From assembly GCF_054482595.1 (NCBI RefSeq), contig NZ_CM137008.1: a stretch of DNA of 64,000 nucleotides. One strand, 5' to 3'. The notes under the pieces were generated by a model. That model was given only the letters and a program-made list of their open reading frames with translations. It was not told where the DNA came from and did not search any database. The position numbers and the translations under genes were made by a program. This document shows, piece by piece, positions 58,409-64,000 of the stretch; position 1 is the first letter of the stretch; every line of letters begins with the position of its first letter.

Positions 58409-59946
58409 TGGCAATCACTAAATCAACTCCGGCACCATTAACCGGTGGGACGTTATGGTGCGTCACTATTGCATTGTCATTAGCGACGTTTATGCAAATG
58501 TTGGATTCCACTATTTCTAACGTCGCAATACCGACAATATCTGGCTTTCTGGGAGCGTCAACAGACGAAGGCACCTGGGTTATCACCTCGTTTGGCGTAG
58601 CAAATGCCATTGCGATCCCTGTTACCGGCAGGCTGGCACAAAGAATAGGCGAATTAAGGTTATTTTTACTTTCAGTCACTTTTTTTTCGCTGTCTTCCTT
58701 AATGTGTAGTTTATCGACCAATCTTGATGTTCTGATATTTTTTAGAGTCGTTCAGGGGTTAATGGCGGGGCCGTTAATTCCACTGTCACAGAGTTTATTA
58801 TTAAGGAATTATCCACCAGAAAAAAGGACATTTGCTCTGGCATTATGGTCAATGACCGTGATTATCGCTCCGATATGTGGGCCGATATTGGGCGGCTATA
58901 TTTGTGATAACTTTAGCTGGGGTTGGATATTTTTAATCAATGTCCCTATGGGGATTATCGTCCTGACATTATGCTTAACCTTACTTAAAGGAAGAGAAAC
59001 TGAGACTTCACCGGTCAAAATGAATCTACCAGGACTGACCCTGTTAGTGCTCGGTGTTGGTGGCTTGCAAATTATGCTTGATAAAGGGCGCGATCTGGAT
59101 TGGTTCAACTCGAGTACAATAATAATATTAACAGTAGTATCAGTTATTTCTCTGATCTCTTTAGTTATTTGGGAGTCGACCTCAGAGAACCCGATTCTTG
59201 ATCTCAGTTTGTTTAAGTCCCGTAATTTCACCATTGGTATAGTGAGTATCACATGCGCGTATTTATTTTACTCTGGAGCGATCGTCCTTATGCCGCAGTT
59301 ACTCCAGGAAACGATGGGGTATAATGCGATATGGGCCGGACTTGCTTATGCGCCCATCGGCATCATGCCACTATTAATTTCACCTTTGATAGGACGTTAT
59401 GGCAACAAAATAGACATGCGGTTGTTAGTGACATTTAGTTTTTTGATGTATGCGGTTTGCTATTACTGGCGTTCTGTGACATTTATGCCAACGATTGATT
59501 TTACAGGCATCATTTTGCCACAGTTTTTCCAGGGATTCGCCGTTGCCTGTTTCTTTTTACCCTTAACAACGATTTCGTTTTCAGGGTTGCCAGATAATAA
59601 ATTTGCCAATGCCTCGAGTATGAGTAATTTTTTTCGTACCTTGTCAGGATCAGTTGGTACGTCGTTGACAATGACGCTGTGGGGACGACGCGAATCGTTA
59701 CACCATAGTCAGTTGACAGCAACCATCGATCAATTTAACCCCGTGTTTAATTCATCGTCACAAATTATGGATAAATACTATGGTTCGCTTTCAGGAGTTC
59801 TTAATGAAATTAATAATGAAATAACCCAGCAGTCACTTTCTATTTCTGCAAATGAGATTTTCCGTATGGCGGCTATTGCTTTTATCTTACTTACGGTTTT
59901 GGTGTGGTTTGCGAAACCGCCGTTTACAGCGAAAGGCGTTGGGTGA
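58408..59946 (+). CDS. emrY: MFS multidrug efflux pump (EmrB paralogue, 14-TM)
   Basis: 512 aa; start overlaps emrK stop; matches EmrY. Confidence 0.93.
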   Translation: MAITKSTPAPLTGGTLWCVTIALSLATFMQMLDSTISNVAIPTISGFLGASTDEGTWVITSFGVANAIAIPVTGRLAQRIGELRLFLLSVTFFSLSSLMCSLSTNLDVLIFFRVVQGLMAGPLIPLSQSLLLRNYPPEKRTFALALWSMTVIIAPICGPILGGYICDNFSWGWIFLINVPMGIIVLTLCLTLLKGRETETSPVKMNLPGLTLLVLGVGGLQIMLDKGRDLDWFNSSTIIILTVVSVISLISLVIWESTSENPILDLSLFKSRNFTIGIVSITCAYLFYSGAIVLMPQLLQETMGYNAIWAGLAYAPIGIMPLLISPLIGRYGNKIDMRLLVTFSFLMYAVCYYWRSVTFMPTIDFTGIILPQFFQGFAVACFFLPLTTISFSGLPDNKFANASSMSNFFRTLSGSVGTSLTMTLWGRRESLHHSQLTATIDQFNPVFNSSSQIMDKYYGSLSGVLNEINNEITQQSLSISANEIFRMAAIAFILLTVLVWFAKPPFTAKGVG

Positions 59947-60053
59947 TGGTAAAAGCAGGGGGTTATAGCGGGTAAGACCGGGGATCTTAAGTCTGCGCCA
60001 TCGGCAGCATCGCTCACCCAGGGAAAGGATTGCGATGCTGCGTTGAAACGTTA

Positions 60054-61382
60054 TTAACGGCCTTTTGCCAGATATTGATTCATCTCTTCTTCCGGCACCA
60101 TTCCACCTCCCGTCGCCCACACCAGATGAGTGGTATTACGCAGTTGTTCTGCGCTGAAACCGTGCATCTGTTGGTAACTTACTGATGCACACACGCGCTG
60201 AGGTCCGGTCATACCCGCCAGTGCCGAAGGTTCAAGACGAATACCTTCTTCCTGCGCCAGCCAGCCAAGCATGTCATACATGGTTTGATCGCTAAGGGTA
60301 TAGAAGCCATCCAGCAGACGCTCCATTGCCCGCCCGACAAAGCCTGATGCGCGACCAACTGCAAGGCCATCCGCTGCGGTAAGGTTGTCGATACCAATAT
60401 CCTGAACAGAAATCTGATCGTGTAATCCTGTATGGATGCCTAACAGCATACAAGGGGAGTGCGTTGGTTCGGCAAAAAAGCAGTGAACATGATCGCCAAA
60501 CGCCAGTTTAAGTCCGAATGCGACGCCACCAGGACCACCGCCAACACCACACGGCAGATAGACAAACAGAGGGTTATCAGCATCGACGATACGGCCTTGC
60601 TGGGCAAATTGCGCTTTAAGACGCTGGCCAGCGACGGAATACCCAAGGAACAACGTGCGGGAATTTTCGTCATCAATAAAGAAACAGTTCGGGTCAGACT
60701 GCGCTGCTTTACGTCCTTCCTCGACGGCAACACCATAATCTTGCTCATATTCCACGACCGTAACGCCATGGCTGCGCAGTTTCGCTTTTTTCCATGCCCG
60801 GGCATCAGCAGACATATGCACTGTCACCTTAAAGCCAATGCGGGCGCTCATAATGCCGATTGATAACCCCAGATTTCCGGTTGAGCCCACAGCAATGCTG
60901 TATTGGCTAAAGAACTGTTTAAACTCCGGAGAAAGCAGTTTGCTGTAGTCATCATCAAGCGTCAGCAACCCCGCTTCCAGAGCCAGTTTTTCTGCGTGTG
61001 CCAGAACTTCATAAATCCCGCCGCGTGCTTTTATGGAGCCGGAAATGGGCAAATGGCTATCTTTTTTCAGTAACAGTTGCCCGCTGATCGGTTGTTGATA
61101 TTCCTTTTCCAGCCGTTTTTGCATAGCCGGAATGGCAACCAGTTCTGATTCAATAATCCCCCCAGTAGCAGCAGTTTCAGGAAATGCTTTTGCCAGATAG
61201 GGTGCAAAACGGGATAAGCGCGCATGGGCGTCCTGAACATCCTGTTCGGTCAGGCCAACATAAGGTAAACCTTCAGCCAATGAGGTCGTGCCAGGATTAA
61301 ACCAGGTGGTTTCTTTAAGAGCAACCAGATCCTTTACCAACGGATACTGGGCGATGAGCGAGTTCATTTTAGCGTTTTCCAT
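60054..61382 (-). CDS. dsdA: D-serine dehydratase (PLP-dependent)
   Basis: 442 aa; PLP lysine context SGSIKARGG; matches DsdA. Confidence 0.95.
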   Translation of the reverse strand: MENAKMNSLIAQYPLVKDLVALKETTWFNPGTTSLAEGLPYVGLTEQDVQDAHARLSRFAPYLAKAFPETAATGGIIESELVAIPAMQKRLEKEYQQPISGQLLLKKDSHLPISGSIKARGGIYEVLAHAEKLALEAGLLTLDDDYSKLLSPEFKQFFSQYSIAVGSTGNLGLSIGIMSARIGFKVTVHMSADARAWKKAKLRSHGVTVVEYEQDYGVAVEEGRKAAQSDPNCFFIDDENSRTLFLGYSVAGQRLKAQFAQQGRIVDADNPLFVYLPCGVGGGPGGVAFGLKLAFGDHVHCFFAEPTHSPCMLLGIHTGLHDQISVQDIGIDNLTAADGLAVGRASGFVGRAMERLLDGFYTLSDQTMYDMLGWLAQEEGIRLEPSALAGMTGPQRVCASVSYQQMHGFSAEQLRNTTHLVWATGGGMVPEEEMNQYLAKGR

Positions 61383-61399
61383 AGTACGTCTCTTTGCGC

Positions 61400-61630
61400 T
61401 TAGATGATAAATGACAGCAGGAATGTGCCCGCCAGAGCGACGACTGAAGCGATAAATGTCGCTGTCGTATAGTATTTAAATGTTTCATTGAGCGTAGCGC
61501 CGCAATATTGCTTCACCAGCCAGAAAAGCGAGTCCGTAACGATCGTGCAGCCAATTGCGCCTGAACCGATAGCAATCGCAATAATTTCCGGGCTGATGTC
61601 GGGATACAGCGGCAGCACAATGATCCATAT
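61400..61630 (-). pseudogene. dsdX: 5'-truncated remnant of D-serine permease dsdX (GntP family), C-terminal ~75 codons only
   Basis: Minus-strand frame reads ...[76 protein letters not shown] then stop 17 nt upstream of dsdA; frame closes with a stop at 61631..61633, and unrelated sequence follows; a full dsdX would be ~445 codons. Confidence 0.7.
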
Positions 61631-61848
61631 TTATATTTTCTTCTCCAGGTTGGCGATGCCAGTTGGCATGTTTTTCTTACTTGCCTATATGGTTACTCGT
61701 TGGCGAGAACAGAGGCGGAATTGGGGACAATTGGCCGGGAATTATTGTTATTTTTTATTGTATTGCCGTGTCAGGTGATAGGGCGTTGGATCTCGCCAGT
61801 GACGTCTGTTTCTGCTACAGTGCCCGTTTTACGACAAACGGCTTGGGT

Positions 61849-62844
61849 ATGGCTTCATTAAAGGATGTCGCACGCCTGGCGGGAGTGTCGATGATGACAG
61901 TCTCCCGGGTGATGCATAATGCAGAATCTGTGCGTCCTGCAACGCGTGACCGCGTATTGCAGGCAATCCAGACCCTGAATTATGTTCCTGATCTTTCCGC
62001 CCGTAAGATGCGCGCTCAAGGACGTAAGCCGTCGACTCTCGCCGTGCTGGCGCAGGACACTGCTACCACTCCTTTCTCTGTTGATATTCTGCTTGCCATT
62101 GAGCAAACCGCCAGCGAGTTCGGCTGGAATAGTTTTTTAATCAATATTTTTTCTGAAGATGACGCTGCCCGCGCGGCACGTCAGCTGCTTGCTCACCGTC
62201 CGGATGGCATTATCTATACTACAATGGGGCTGCGACATATCACGCTGCCTGAGTCTCTGTATGGTGAAAATATTGTATTGGCGAACTGTGTGGCGGATGA
62301 CCCAGCGTTACCCAGTTATATCCCTGATGATTACACTGCACAATATGAATCAACACAGCATTTGCTCGCGGCGGGCTATCGTCAACCGTTATGCTTCTGG
62401 CTACCGGAAAGTGCGTTGGCAACAGGGTATCGTCGGCAGGGATTTGAGCAGGCCTGGCGTGATGCTGGACGAGATCTGGCTGAGGTGAAACAATTTCACA
62501 TGGCAACAGGTGATGATCACTACACCGATCTCGCAAGTTTACTCAATGACCACTTCAAATCGGGCAAACCAGATTTTGATGTTCTGATATGTGGTAACGA
62601 TCGCGCAGCCTTTGTGGCTTATCAGGTTCTCCTGGCGAAGGGGGTACGTATCCCGCAGGATGTCGCCGTAATGGGCTTTGATAATCTGGTTGGCGTCGGG
62701 CATCTGTTTTTACCGCCGCTGACCACAATTCAGCTTCCACATGACATTATCGGGCGGGAAGCTGCATTGCATATTATTGAAGGTCGTGAAGGGGGAAGTG
62801 TGACGCGGATCCCTTGCCCGCTGTTGATCCGTTGTTCCACCTGA
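61849..62844 (+). CDS. cscR: LacI-family sucrose operon repressor
   Basis: 331 aa from internal ATG at 61849 (MASLKDVARLAGVSMMTVSRVMHN..., LacI HTH) plus periplasmic-binding-like sugar domain; matches CscR. Confidence 0.88.
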   Translation: MASLKDVARLAGVSMMTVSRVMHNAESVRPATRDRVLQAIQTLNYVPDLSARKMRAQGRKPSTLAVLAQDTATTPFSVDILLAIEQTASEFGWNSFLINIFSEDDAARAARQLLAHRPDGIIYTTMGLRHITLPESLYGENIVLANCVADDPALPSYIPDDYTAQYESTQHLLAAGYRQPLCFWLPESALATGYRRQGFEQAWRDAGRDLAEVKQFHMATGDDHYTDLASLLNDHFKSGKPDFDVLICGNDRAAFVAYQVLLAKGVRIPQDVAVMGFDNLVGVGHLFLPPLTTIQLPHDIIGREAALHIIEGREGGSVTRIPCPLLIRCST

Positions 62845-62851
62845 TATTATG

Positions 62852-64000
62852 CTAACCCAGTTGCCAGAGTGCTCCATGTTGCACCACAGCCACTCCGTGG
62901 GAGGCATAAAGCGACAGTTCCCGTTCTTCTGGCTGCGGATAGATTCGACTACTCATCACCGCTTCCCCGTCGTTAATAAATACTTCCACGGATGATGTAT
63001 CGATAAATATCCTTAGGGCGAGCGTCTCACCCTGCGGGAGGAGAATACTACGGTAGCCGTCTAAATTCTCGTGTGGGTAATACCGCCACAAAACAAGTCG
63101 CTCAGATTGGTTATCAATATACAGCCGCATTCCAGTGCCGAGCTGTAATCCGTAATGTTCGGCATCACTGTTCTTCAGCGCCCACTGCAACTGAATCTCA
63201 ACTGCTTGCGCGTTTTCCTGCAAAACATATTTATTGCTGATTGTGCGGGGAGAGATAGATTGATGCTGCTGGCGTAACGACTCAGCTTCGTGTACCGGGC
63301 GTTGTAGGAGTTTGCCATTGCTCTCTGATAGCTCACGCGCCAGCGTCATGCAGCCTGCCCAGCCTTCACGTTTTGAGGGCATTGGCGATTCCCACATATC
63401 CATCCAGCCGATAACAATACGCCGACCATCCTTCGCTAAAAAGCTTTGTGGTGCATAAAAGTCATGCCCGTTATCAAGTTCAGTAAAATGCCCGGATTGT
63501 GCAAAAAGTCGTCCTGGCGACCACATTCCGGGTATTACGCCACTTTGAAAGCGATTTCGATAACTGTATCCCTCGGCATTCATTCCCTGCGGGGAAAACA
63601 TCAGATAATGCTGATCGCCAAGGCTGAAAAAGTCCGGACATTCCCACATATAGCTTTCACCCGCATCAGCGTGGGCCAGTACGCGATCGAAAGTCCATTC
63701 ACGTAATGAACTGCCGCGATAAAGCAGGATCTGCCCCGTGTTGCCTGGGTCTTTCGCCCCGACTACCATCCACCATGAGTCGGCTTCACGCCACACTTTA
63801 GGATCGCGGAAGTGCATGATTCCTTCTGGTGGAGTGAGGATCACACCCTGTTTCTCGAAATGAATACCATCCCGACTGGTAGCCAGACATTGTACTTCGC
63901 GAATTGCATCGTCATTACCTGCACCATCGAGCCAGACGTGTCCGGTGTAGATAAGTGAGAGGACACCATTGTCATCGACAGCACTACCTGAAAAACACCC
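62852..64000 (-). CDS. cscA: Sucrose-6-phosphate hydrolase / invertase (GH32), C-terminal part; N-terminus beyond window end
   Basis: Frame open from window edge to stop at 62852; GH32 motifs FRDPKV and WECPD; edge translation ...DGCFSGSAVDDNGVLSLIYTGHVW... matches CscA. Confidence 0.88.
   Translation of the reverse strand, partial: GCFSGSAVDDNGVLSLIYTGHVWLDGAGNDDAIREVQCLATSRDGIHFEKQGVILTPPEGIMHFRDPKVWREADSWWMVVGAKDPGNTGQILLYRGSSLREWTFDRVLAHADAGESYMWECPDFFSLGDQHYLMFSPQGMNAEGYSYRNRFQSGVIPGMWSPGRLFAQSGHFTELDNGHDFYAPQSFLAKDGRRIVIGWMDMWESPMPSKREGWAGCMTLARELSESNGKLLQRPVHEAESLRQQHQSISPRTISNKYVLQENAQAVEIQLQWALKNSDAEHYGLQLGTGMRLYIDNQSERLVLWRYYPHENLDGYRSILLPQGETLALRIFIDTSSVEVFINDGEAVMSSRIYPQPEERELSLYASHGVAVVQHGALWQLG

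Overview
This window reads as a near-complete, well-characterised Escherichia coli chromosomal segment, in reverse orientation relative to K-12 numbering; all gene identities come from reading the six-frame translations against remembered E. coli proteins, with no database search run. Gene order: murP (partial) - murQ - murR - ucpA - cysPUWA - cysM - yfeK - pdxK - crr/ptsI/ptsH - cysK - cysZ - zipA - ligA - ypeB - yfeH - yfeR - FlxA-like ORF - tRNA cluster lysV/valY/valX/valU - gltX - yfeD/yfeC - tRNA-Ala x2 - pdeA - nupC - mntH - ypeC - yfeO - glk - fryB/fryC/ypdF/ypdE/fryA - ypdC/ypdB/ypdA - alaC - ypdK - lpxP - yfdY - ypdI - yfdX/frc/oxc/yfdV/yfdE - evgS/evgA - emrK/emrY - dsdA - dsdX remnant - cscR - cscA (partial). 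I found no CRISPR array, transposase or integrase, and no clearly undescribed multi-gene system. The places that differ from the K-12 arrangement as I recall it, and so deserve a second look, are: (1) the right edge, where csc sucrose genes abut a 5'-truncated dsdX next to intact dsdA; (2) the lysV flank, where a 61-bp tandem duplication of the tRNA 3' end plus terminator and a FlxA-like coiled-coil ORF sit where K-12 carries xapRBA-yfeN; (3) the cysM/yfeK junction, where yfeS appears to be missing. Regulatory motifs readable in the sequence include a Fur box and MntR palindrome upstream of mntH, EvgA-box palindromes upstream of yfdX, frc and emrK, REP elements, and several intrinsic terminators.
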